A stretch of DNA of 64,000 bases, taken from assembly GCA_963824275.1 (NCBI GenBank), contig CAWGOT010000001.1:300499-364498 (forward strand), in the 5' to 3' direction. Below, piece after piece: positions 10,669-19,760 of this stretch; position 1 is the stretch's first letter; each line of letters opens with the position of its first letter. The stretch is from an uncultured Planctomycetia bacterium (GTDB lineage: Bacteria; Planctomycetota; Planctomycetia; Pirellulales; Thermoguttaceae). The notes under the pieces are model-generated. The model made no database searches, had not been told where the DNA came from, and worked only from the letters and a program-made list of their open reading frames with translations. A program made the position numbers and the translations under genes.

Positions 10669-11413
10669 GTGCCAGGCCAGGACATGTTTGCCATGGGTCG
10701 AAGCTGGTCGACAACGCGAGCCGCTCGGTCATGGGTCGTTGCCGCGGCCATCTTTAGTCTGGCCGGCAGCGGGTGCGTGGAACGGCGCATGATCATCCGC
10801 ACCAATCCGCCGGGGGCAATGTGCCTACGTGGACGACAACGAGGTCGGCCTCACTCCGGTGTCGATTTCGACCATCTACTACGGCAACCGCAAGATCCGG
10901 CTAGTCAAAGACGGCTGTGAAACGCGGGAGTTCCTCCAGTATGTGCCACCGCCCTGGTATGAGATTCCGCCCTTGGATTTCTTTTCAGAGAACATGATCC
11001 CCGGCAAGATTCGCGACGAGCGGACCTATGACTTTGAACTTCGTCCGCAAGGCGTGGTCCCGCAAGAGGATCTGCTCACGCGGGCCGAAGACCTGCGTCG
11101 CGGCACGCAGGCATCGACGGGGATTCCCAGTTATCGGATCAACCCGGCGTCGCCGGGCCAGAACTATGGTCCGGCCCCCGGAATGCCTGGCGGACCGCCA
11201 ATTGGCGGACAGCCCTATTATCAGCTTCCGCCGGCGGCCACGCAGTACCCGGCCCCCGGGTCGGCCCCACCGGCGGGGCCGATGACGTACAACCCCCCGC
11301 CCGGCGCCTGGCCGGCCGCGCCCCCGGCGGGCGGCCCCGTCTACGCCCCGCCGCCTTCGATGCCGGCTGGATCAAGCGGCTTCGGTTCCCTGCCGACTTA
11401 CCCGCTGCCTTAG
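10669..11413 (+). CDS. PEGA-domain lipoprotein with a Pro-rich tail, with one frame shift at about 10815-10825
   Basis: The first frame gives the signal and lipobox AAAIFSLAGSGC followed by RRMIIRTNPPGA. The next frame continues VDDNEVGLTPVSISTIYYGNRKIRLVKDG (PEGA pattern) and a PxxP-rich C-terminus. The start could be 10669, 10684 or 10693. Confidence 0.7.
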
Positions 11414-11500
11414 TGGTCCGTTTCAGAAATAACTTCGGGGATACGTTCGTAGGGTGGGACGATGAACGTCCCACCCTACGGCTAAATCCGCGCAACCCTG
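11414..11500. repeat. Family H element with an outer GTGGTCCGTTTCAGAAAT motif
   Basis: The hairpin GTAGGGTGGGAC-gatgaac-GTCCCACCCTAC (11449-11479) is followed by GGCTAAATCCGCGCAACCCTG. The element starts at the PEGA stop codon. The same head and tail sequences occur at 13355-13534. Confidence 0.8.
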
Positions 11501-12175
11501 TCAATCAAACGTCAAACGGAGTTCTCCCTGCTCCCAGCTCGCGGCTCCCTGCTCCCGCGCGTCCGTTATGCCGTATCGTTCCATGAGCAGATTGAAGATT
11601 CGATGCATGATGTGCCGGACCGAATCCGCGGCAAGGTGGACGATTTGGCCGATTTCGTTGTAGGTGTGTCCCGCGAAGCGCAGATCGACGATTTGCCGGT
11701 ATTTTTCCGGCGCCCTGGCCACCTGATGATCCCAATATTCCTTGCAAACCGCGAGCTCGGTCAACGTCGGCTTCTTGTCCGGCAACTGCGATCCGCCGCC
11801 GGGTAATTTCTCCAAGGGCACTTCGCGGCTGGCGTCGCGCTTCTGTGCGCTAGACCGCCGCCGCTCCCGAACCACCTTGTTGCGGGACATCGTGAGGAGC
11901 AGCCCCGCCAGTTTCTCCGGCGTGTCGAAGTCATACTCGTCGAGCCTCCGGAAGAACGACAAGAACACCATTTGCGAGAAGTCGGCGGAGTCCAAAGCCG
12001 AGGGCCGCGGTTGCCGGTCCAGCCACTCCCGCACGGAGTCGCGGACCATGTCCTCATATTCGGCAACGAGCTCCCGCGCGGCGTCCTCCGAGCCTTCACG
12101 AAGGCGTTGCACGAGAGCCTTGAATTCCTCCCTCGAATAGGCCATTTGTCGTCCCTCCACTACGATTTGGACCAA
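11501..12175 (-). CDS. ECF-like sigma-70 family sigma factor
   Basis: Features include DAARELVAEYEDMVRDSVREWL, a region 2-like DFSQMVFLSFFRRL and the region 4 HTH YNEIGQIVHLAADSVRHIMHRI. The likely start is MAYSREE at 12145. Confidence 0.75.
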   Translation of the reverse strand: MVQIVVEGRQMAYSREEFKALVQRLREGSEDAARELVAEYEDMVRDSVREWLDRQPRPSALDSADFSQMVFLSFFRRLDEYDFDTPEKLAGLLLTMSRNKVVRERRRSSAQKRDASREVPLEKLPGGGSQLPDKKPTLTELAVCKEYWDHQVARAPEKYRQIVDLRFAGHTYNEIGQIVHLAADSVRHIMHRIFNLLMERYGITDAREQGAASWEQGELRLTFD

Positions 12176-12255
12176 TGCAGCACGAACGCAAGCTCCTTTT
12201 TACCACGCCGGGGTTAGCTTGTAAAGTGTCAAGTCCGAAAAAGCTGCTGCGCGAA

Positions 12256-12455
12256 CCGCAAAACGTATTGCGATGCCCGAGGCTCCGGCCGCAAAACGGA
12301 CTGCAATGCCCCTGGCTCGCCCAGGGGTGCTTACGCTCGTCGCTACACTCGCAGGCGGCGGCCCTGCCTCGGGCCGCAAAGCGCATTGCAATGCCCCTGG
12401 CTCGCCCAGGGGTGCTTACGCCCGTCGCTACATCAGCAGGCGGCCCCCTGCCGCT
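12256..12455. repeat. About 85-bp tandem repeat (about 2.4 copies), each copy carrying a CCCCTGG-ctcgc-CCAGGGG hairpin
   Basis: Units start at 12256 (short), 12289 and 12374. Each begins CCGCAAA[AG]CG..TGCAATGCCCCTGGCTCGCCCAGGGGTGCTTACGC. A 15-bp-stem hairpin follows at 12455-12500. Confidence 0.8.
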
Positions 12456-12602
12456 TTTCCGCGTTCCCCGGCGGCGTAGCCGCTTGGGAACGCGGAAAAG
12501 AAAAAAGAAAGGCCCCGGTTGGGGGCGGTAGGTAGCTCGGAACGTGATGCTCCATCGGGCAAGCCGATGGCATCTATTCCGCACGCCCGCAGAAATGCGC
12601 CG

Positions 12603-12662
12603 TTGGAGTCCCGGCTTTAGCCGGAATCCTCCCGGAAACACCGCCTAAAGGCGGGACTCCAA
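12603..12662. repeat. Palindromic element, family J (GGAGTCCCGCCTTTAGGCGG arms)
   Basis: TTGGAGTCCCGGCTTTAGCCGG (12603-12624) pairs with CCGCCTAAAGGCGGGACTCCAA (12641-12662). A second copy lies at 23630-23689. Confidence 0.8.
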
Positions 12663-12832
12663 CTGGGCAGTCTGCGCTCGGTGCCCGCCCCTGTCATCCG
12701 GCCAGCCGAAGAAATTTTGCGATTTTCTTGGGTGCAGAGTCCGGTTGGCCTCTAAAAAGCGATTTTACCTTTAGGGAGAGCGCGTCTCAATTTCCGCGCT
12801 GTGGATCAAATTTCAAATTAAGCGGGTTCTTT

Positions 12833-13354
12833 ATGCCAAATCCCGGTAAAGTACCGCTCGACGACTGCTCGCGATGCGTGGGCGGCTTCTGCATCTACCG
12901 CGCCAAGGCCCAAATCCTCCGCCTGGATGGCAATCCCCAACCGAGGAGGGGTTCCGTAAAGGCATTGAAACGGCTGACCGAGGAAGAGGTGCTGGCTCTG
13001 GTCGCGAAAATCGGGCCCGCCGCCGCCCAAGACCTGGCCTGCGACGTGGTGCAGGGGCGGACCTGCCCGCATCTGCCGCAATATAACCCGGTGACCCGCG
13101 AGCTTTTTTGCGATGGCGTCTTCGTGCGCCGCTTCGCGGCCCAGGCAAAAAAACAGAGCGATATCATTAAAATGTTCCATGAACTCGGTTGGCCCCGCTG
13201 GATCGAAGACCCGCACGGCGACCGCGACAAGCCCGGCTTTGAGCGCAATCTGCACGGTGAGGTCGGTAAGCTGAATTCCTGCCAGGAGACCCGGATGATC
13301 CGTTACTCCTGCCTGGGCAAGGATCGCATCGTTTTCTGGAACTTCATTGGCTAA
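12833..13354 (+). CDS. Hypothetical Cys-containing protein
   Basis: The ORF runs from ATG 12833 (MPNPGKVPLDDCSRCVGGFC...) to the stop at 13352-13354. I recognised no family. Its codon usage looks consistent with its neighbours. Confidence 0.45.
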   Translation: MPNPGKVPLDDCSRCVGGFCIYRAKAQILRLDGNPQPRRGSVKALKRLTEEEVLALVAKIGPAAAQDLACDVVQGRTCPHLPQYNPVTRELFCDGVFVRRFAAQAKKQSDIIKMFHELGWPRWIEDPHGDRDKPGFERNLHGEVGKLNSCQETRMIRYSCLGKDRIVFWNFIG

Positions 13355-13534
13355 GTGGTCCGTTTCAGAAATGACGTCAGCGATAGGTCCGTAGGGTGGG
13401 ACCAGCGAGCTTGCGAGTGCCGGCCCACCAACACCGGCGATTGGTGGGCCGGCGCTTGCAAGCTCGCTGGTCCCACCCGTCCCACCCTACGGCTAAATCC
13501 GCGCAACCCTGACATCATTTCTGAAACGGACTAC
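13355..13534. repeat. Nested family H palindrome bounded by inverted GT[GA]GTCCGTTTCAGAAATGA arms
   Basis: The outer arms lie at 13355-13374 and 13515-13534. The inner arms are GTAGGGTGGGACCAGCGAGCTTGCGAGTGCCGGCCCACCAA and its reverse complement. The right outer arm encodes the last codons and stop (SPFQK*) of the minus-strand GT39-like gene. Confidence 0.85.
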
Positions 13535-15387
13535 TAAGGCCGGGCAATTCATTAACCGTCGCAGCGTTGCCTTTCGCTACGGCTTGCGAATAGTCGTGGA
13601 TCGCCTCGGGCGACTGCGCCGCGAGGTCGAAAACGTACAAGGTATAGCCTAGGACCGCCGCTGGCTTCAGCCGGCGGAAGGGCGCATAGCAATAGTCCTC
13701 GGCAGGCCAAGACCACGTTGGGCCCGCGGAGAAGAAGTACTTCCTGCCCCAGAGGAGATTCGCGCTCACGACCACGTACCGCTGCCGCGGGACCGCATCC
13801 GCCAAGGGCCGGAAACGGATGCCGTAAATCGCGGGGTCCACTGTGCCGAAATAGGCCAGGTCCACGGATCCAATCCCCTCGCGGCTCATGTACTCGCGCA
13901 GAGTGATAAGGTCCTGGCCCCAATCGAGGTTCGAATCGAGCAGATACTCGTGGCCACGGCTTGGGCCGCCGCTGACCGTGTTGAAGTAGGCCAGGTAATG
14001 CGGCCAGATGAGCAGGTCGGCCGTCAATAGCCACGCCAACGCCAGCGCCACGCTGCCGCGCAAGACCGGCACGCGGCGGGGACACCGCCATAACGCCGAG
14101 GTCGTCAGGCGTCCGATCCACACCGCGGCAATGGGCAGCAGAAACAACAGGTACCGCACGCCGATGTTCTTATGCCCCACCAGCGAGAAAAAAACGAAGA
14201 ATGCTATCGCTACCGCGAGCATCGGAACCTCGCGAAGCAGGAACCGCTGGCGAAAAAAGACCGCCGCCGCCGCAAGCAAGAGGATCGGCTCGGGCGTCTT
14301 GACCAAGAGCCCGACCAGGTAGTAGTTCCAGAATCCGGTCTGGTTGGTCGTGCCCAGCAAGTAGGCCTCGTAGCCGCTTTGGTTGACCTGCGCGTCCAAG
14401 GCGGCGAGAAAAGGATACGGCAGCGGCGCCGGAACCCAGCCGGGCAGCCAATCGCGAACCGCGCAAAATGCGTGGCTCTGGAAATCGCAGTTGCCCAGCA
14501 AGGTCAGCGTGCCGTCGTACCCGTAGCCGATGTTGATCGTCAGCTCCGCGATCAAAAAGGCGGCCGTTCCCCAGCCGAGCGTCTTACGCCCCAATGCCAG
14601 CGGCTCGTCTTCAACGCCCCATTTCCTCCACTGAAAGAACGCGGTCGCGAAAGCCGCGAGAGGCAGAAAAATGAAGAGCATGATCCCGCTGAACTTGCAG
14701 AGCGACGCCGCGCCGACGGCGATCCCCAGCATGATCGCCGGCGGCCAACCCGGCTTGCTGAGCAAGGCATCGAACGCCAAGAGCGAACCGATGACCGCTG
14801 CGGCCAGATAGACGTCGGAACGTCGCTAGGCCGCCGTGTGCGAGCATGTCCGGCGAAAACGAAACGACGACGGCCGAGATTAGCGCTCCCGCCGGACCGT
14901 AAAGACTACGGGAGAACATCCAGGTCAGTACGCTGGTCAGCGCCAGCGCAAGCATCGTGACGAGCCGGGCGAGCAGGAAATACTCGTGATAGTGGGCGCG
15001 GTTGTCGGCCGCGAACTGGAAACCGTCCGGCCAGTCCGTGGGCCTTGCCGCCTCGATCGGATCGAGCCGTGCCGAGGTGAATACGACTACCGGCAACGCC
15101 GCCAGCATGCTCGGCAGCGGCGCCGTCGCGGACCCCGCATTAAAGAGACCGTCCCGCCAGACTCGGATTCCCATCGGCAGGTGGGCCAATTCGTCCACCG
15201 TCACCGAGTTCCGGACGGCGGAGGAACCGGCCAAGCCGAGGCTGACGCCGAGTACGATAAGCAGCAACGGCCATCGCCACAGAAAAACGGCACGCGCTTC
15301 CGACCTGCTCGGTTGCGGCAATTCATCGCATGGGGCAGCCCCTTCGCGGGAGGATCGAACCAGGGAATTCTTAGCGGGTCGCATCAA
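13515..15387 (-). CDS. GT-C fold membrane glycosyltransferase, GT39/ArnT/PMT_2-like (#1), with one frame shift at about 14820-14826
   Basis: The protein is polytopic. The first periplasmic loop carries VTVDELAHLP (the DE motif of PMT/ArnT-type enzymes). The C-terminal part, LLDSNLDWGQDL..., is paralogous to 19761-21839. The N-terminal part is in the frame of ORF 14611-15387 and the remainder in the frame of ORF 13515-14780. Confidence 0.65.
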
Positions 15388-15650
15388 CGGTCTCCTTTCT
15401 GGCTCTAGGTCGTATACCGCGCGTTCATTCTCCGCATCGTGAGGTTCCTGTCAATCAGGTTCCATACATAGTTCTCGGCGCTCTTCTGCCCGCTCGCTAC
15501 TCCGTACTTTGTACTCCCTTCTCCCCGATCCAGGACCCCCGCTCCGCGCCCCGGGCCACACTCCCCGCTCTCCAACTCCTTATGTAGTAAGAAGAAGCGA
15601 CTTCCAGAGAACTCTGTACGAACTCTGTATGAACTCTTTATGGAATTTGC

Positions 15651-15678
15651 TTGACGAAGATTCCAGAATCGCGATAAT
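15651..15678 (+). promoter_or_regulatory. Sigma-70-like promoter motif (copy 1 of a duplicated module)
   Basis: TTGACG (15651-15656), a 16-nt spacer and GATAAT (15673-15678). It lies inside a direct repeat of about 60 bp that recurs 133 bp downstream. Confidence 0.35.
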
Positions 15679-15783
15679 CTCAGAAAGTGTCGCGTTTAAC
15701 CCGGCTGAGAGACTCCGAACAATTCCAACCAGCACGAGAATAAGCAATTCTCCCCGCTCCCGAGAACTCTCTGTGGAATTTGC

Positions 15784-15811
15784 TTGACGAGAATTCCAAA
15801 ATCCCGGTAAT
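15784..15811 (+). promoter_or_regulatory. Sigma-70-like promoter motif (copy 2), about 44 nt upstream of the MauE-Trx ATG
   Basis: TTGACG (15784-15789), a 16-nt spacer and GGTAAT (15806-15811). It is followed by the shared TCTCAGAAAGTG. Confidence 0.4.
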
Positions 15812-15854
15812 CTCAGAAAGTGCGGCGTGCAGATCGGCCGAAAGGCAGCGGACC

Positions 15855-16861
15855 ATGGCATCCATCAAGATCGCGATAAGCGGGACGGTTCTTCGCCACA
15901 TAGCGCGGCGCGTGTTCGGCGCGCTCCCCCGCGGTTACGACGCGCTGCGAATCGTTCTCGGTTTCCTGCTTCTAGCAGCCGCCGCGCTGAAGGGCCATCA
16001 ACTGGCTACGGAACCCCGACCCGGAATCGGCCTGTTGGAATCGCGTTGGTTCTTGATTGCGGTCGTCGAGTTCGAGTTGTTTTCGGACTGTGGCTCTTAT
16101 CCGGCTTGTTGCCCCGACCAACGTCCTGTTTGGCGATTGGCTGTTTCTCGCTATTTGCGTGCGTCTCGCTTTACAAGGCGATCTCAGGCGACGCAACATG
16201 CGGTTGCTTCGGGCGCGTGCCGGTCAACCCGTGGTACACGGCGTTAATTGACGCGTGCATGACACTTTCGTTCTTGCGGTGGCGTCCAAAGAGGGGAGGC
16301 TCGATTGTCAGCAAGAGTATTTTCCGCCAGCCGCTCGTGCGCGGGCTCGGGGTGCTGGCCACTGGCCTCATAGTCGGCCTTCCCGCCGGGTCTGCGATGG
16401 CGACCTGTGTCCGAACGAGCGTCTCCGAAGTTGGCGAGATCATCGCCGACGGCAAGGTCGTAGTGCTTGAGCCGGAAAGGTGGGTCGGGAGGCGTTTCCC
16501 CCTTTTGGACTACATCGACATCGCGGACAGGCTCAAGGAGGGCAAGTGGGTCGTGGTGTTGTACCGCCGCGATTGCCCGAAATGCCATCAGGCCATCACC
16601 GACCTATCGCGTGCGGCATTACACGGGATGGGTGGTGTGCGAATAGCTCTGGTCGAGGTGCCGCCGTACTCCGAAGGGAAAACTGGAGTGGTTCCGACGG
16701 TGCTTGATTTCGCTTCGGGTTACCTTAGCGGCGTGCGAGAGTGGTTTATCACCACGCCGACGGAGGTATACTTGGAAAGCGGAGTAGTTATTAAAGTAAC
16801 TACCGGAACCGAACAGACGGCGCGAGTCGCGAATTCCAAAACGGCCACAGCCGGAACTTGA
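15855..16861 (+). CDS. MauE/DoxX-like membrane domain fused to a thioredoxin-like (CxxC) domain, with one frame shift at about 16080-16083 (T4 run)
   Basis: The N-terminal frame gives MASIKIAISG...LRIVLGFLLLAAAALKGHQL...FLIAVVEFELF. The next frame continues GLWLLSGLLP...DATCGCFGRVPVNPWY (MauE CGCFG motif). The C-terminal part has KWVVVLYRRDCPKCHQ (Trx-like CPKC). Confidence 0.65.
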
Positions 16862-16893
16862 ATGTCCATTTAGCGCGGCGAGGACGAGAAGCC

Positions 16894-18109
16894 ATGAGAT
16901 CGATTCCTAGGAGAATTGGGACCACGCCGGCCCAGGCTCAAGTTGCGTCTTGTGCGACGGTACTACCCCGCTTTATGCCGAGCTACCTCAAGCAATTCGT
17001 GCCGCAATTCGGGCACCAGTGCGCCGGCGCCAAGTCGCGGTCGACGCGCAAATCAACGTTGAAGCGAGTCGTAGTTGGCTTTGTCGATGCGGGTTTCCTA
17101 ATCATGATGTTGGTTGTGACGGGCTGCGACGGCAAAAACACATCGAGCCGAGGCGAGGACGTTCCGATCCTCGTAGTTTCGCCGGAGGAACTCGATTTCG
17201 GCTCCGTGTTTGCTAGGGACCAGTTCCCGTGGAAGCTACATATCAAGAACCCCGGTTCTCAGACGGTTGAGGTGATCGATCTTAGGCCTTCCTGCGGCTG
17301 CACAAAGGTTACACCAACATCGCTGACCATTTCGCCAGGCGAGACTCGCGAGGTGCAATTGACATTGGACCTTACGAAGGTTCGAGCCGAACGTGCTGAG
17401 CCGCAGCGCCTAATTTTGGCGTTCAAATCACGCCGGTGATCGAGGACCGTGCTGCTGCTCCAGTCGTTTGGACTCTCAAGGGACGGGTTCATTCGTTTCT
17501 TGACATTTCGCCGCCGACGGTTCGCTTTGATGACGAGTTGACTGAAGGCTGCGCATTTCCTGAAAAGAAGGTTCTGATAAGCAGTTCGATTCCACTAGAT
17601 TCACTGGAAGCAGAGTGCGACTTCAAGTTTGCCACGCTAGAATGCGCCAGAGAAGCGCCTCGGAATATGAGCTTTCGATCCGCCCCAGCCCGACGCTGAC
17701 GGCGGCGGTGCCGTTTGAGTTCTCCGTGTCGCTCCTTCCGAAGCTGTCCTCTAACGAGGTTCTACGGGTCAGCGTGCCCGTTACCGGCAGGGTATGGGAG
17801 GAAGTCGAAGCGATCCCCGACCACTTGAACCTGGGCAAGGGAAAGCTGGGCGGAACTCTTGCGCAGGTCGTCGAATTGAAATCTCGGGTCTCCCGGCCTT
17901 TTACGTTAGAGTCCGTTGTTTCGGAATCTCCCGGGACCCAGGTAAGCCCACGAGGTGCGGCTGCTGGTCCCTTAGTTTTAGATGTAAGGCAAGCCGTTTT
18001 GGCCCCCGGTCACCAGGACTCCAAGATTAAGCTGTCACTGCGCATAGAAGGCAAGGCTCCTTTTGAGGTCACCCTGCCAATTTATTACTACGGATTAGAA
18101 TTAAACTAG
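16894..18109 (+). CDS. DUF1573-family (Ig-like, CGCT motif) lipoprotein, with two frame shifts at about 17420 and about 17650
   Basis: The lipobox is MMLVVTGC. VSPEELDFGSVFARDQFPWKLHIKNPGSQTVEVIDLRPSCGCTKVTP matches the DUF1573 pattern. Translation continues through ORFs 17436-17699 and 17615-18109. Confidence 0.7.
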
Positions 18110-18182
18110 CCGAGAGGACAGGATTCGATGGGTTCCATAGCCCACAAGCTGACGCACCACCTTCCATCCCGCGAGCATAGCT

Positions 18183-19267
18183 TTGTTGGTAAATGTCGCG
18201 ACAATTGGTCTTGGTTCGGCAAACGCGGCGGTCACTAGTGCGGATCAGGTGCTCTCAGCATGGCGGGAGCGAGAAACCCGGGTTAGTTCCTTCCGATTCA
18301 GGTGCAAGCAAAACGAGACGATTGTCAAAGGAGGAATGCAAGCGCTGGCATCTTTGAGCCAGCTCCCAGCGGGTACGTTGTTTCCGCCGAAGGACGTTGA
18401 ACTCCAGCGAGAATTTGTCTACCTATTGCAGCGCGAGAAGATTTCTCATTCCAGCAAGGGGAACACTTGGTCTCCCGCAACGAATACTAGCGCCTCGGAG
18501 GACTCGGCCTGGGCGTATAACGGCAAGTATTCCACGTCGCTCATTCCTGGTCTCGCGCCGGTGCGTGCCATTGCAACGGTATCAGACGGGCCCGCAGATC
18601 GAGATTTTATGGCAGAGGTTACCTTCATTCCTCCGCTGTTACTTTTCCGCCCCTTCCAGTTTCTTGGCGATGTCCACAAAAAGAATATCAGCAGCGTTAC
18701 GCTGCGAAATTGCCGCGGAGTTCCGAACGTAAAAGGGATAATGACGCTTGCTTTCACTTCGGGCTCCAACGGTGATTCGATTTCCTACGTGGCCGTTGAT
18801 CCCGAACGTGAATGTGTGCCGGTTAGCTACATTTTACAAGACGAAGGTAAGGTCACTTTCGTTCTGTCGATCGAGTATCGTCAAGATGACAAGCAGCGAT
18901 GGGTTCCAAAGAGTTGGCAGTGGGATGATTTGGATTTCGCCGGGAAGCTGCAAAGCACGTCCCATGTCGATGTCTAGAGTGCAGCATTAATCAACCTATC
19001 GCGGACAAAGAGTTCGAGATTGTTTTACCCAGCGGAACGTGGGTCAACGAATCGAGTAAAGAAGGCGGGAGAGTTTATTTTGTTCTTGATGACGGGACAA
19101 AACGTTATGTTTCTCCTGCCGAGGCCAATATTGCAAATTATGATAAGATAATGCATCCGAGTGTCTGGGTCCCCTTGCGACGTTGGTTAGTTTACGGCAC
19201 CTCGGTTGCGTTACTAGTCCTCGTCGTACTCGTCATCTTAAGACGTATTAAGAGCAAGCGCGTATGA
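18183..19267 (+). CDS. Hypothetical exported protein with a C-terminal TM anchor, with one frame shift at about 18970
   Basis: The N-terminus has a signal-like LLVNVATIGLGSANA. After the shift the reading continues LECSINQPIADKEFEIVLPSGTWVNE...LVYGTSVALLVLVVLVILRRIKSKRV*, ending at 19265-19267. A LolA-like fold is only a guess. The start is uncertain, with ATG 18127 in another frame. Confidence 0.45.
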
Positions 19268-19343
19268 AAATGTATTCTCGTGCGGCCGGACGCACGTTGT
19301 TGTTTCGGTTTTCGTCCGTTTTCCTAAGCTAAGGAGTGTTACG

Positions 19344-19715
19344 ATGATGCGAAGACTTCCTGTTTGCATGAGTGTCGCGGTTGCGTTGTGCGCGAGCCTC
19401 TACTATGTCTGTGGACTGCGCCGCGAGCTTTCTCCCGAGTGTCCAAACGGCTGTGTGAGGATTTCCGAGATGTGTCCTGGAACTCCGGACGAGCATGGCA
19501 AGTCCTGCTTCAGGTACAAACTTCCGAATCAAAAGGGCGACGACCCGGGGTACACCGAAGGCGTTTCCTTGGGGCCGTTAAACGGCATCGACGCCAGGGG
19601 GGACCAAGTGCCCGGGCCCGAAAGGTTCCCGGTGGCGTGCGTTCTCTTCACGAAATGCGCACCCCTGCACATGCCCCCAGAAGTGCGCCTATCCATGTGC
19701 GGGGCGGTGTGGTGA
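19344..19715 (+). CDS. Small Cys-rich secreted protein (hypothetical)
   Basis: MMRRLPVCMSVAVALCASLYYVCG is a signal-like N-terminus. About 7 further Cys follow in roughly 100 residues (ECPNGCVRISEMCPG...KSCF...ACVLFTKC...MCG). Confidence 0.45.
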   Translation: MMRRLPVCMSVAVALCASLYYVCGLRRELSPECPNGCVRISEMCPGTPDEHGKSCFRYKLPNQKGDDPGYTEGVSLGPLNGIDARGDQVPGPERFPVACVLFTKCAPLHMPPEVRLSMCGAVW

Positions 19716-19760
19716 CGATGCATCTGCCGTGAGGACTACGCCCACTGATCTTGCCAGGGA

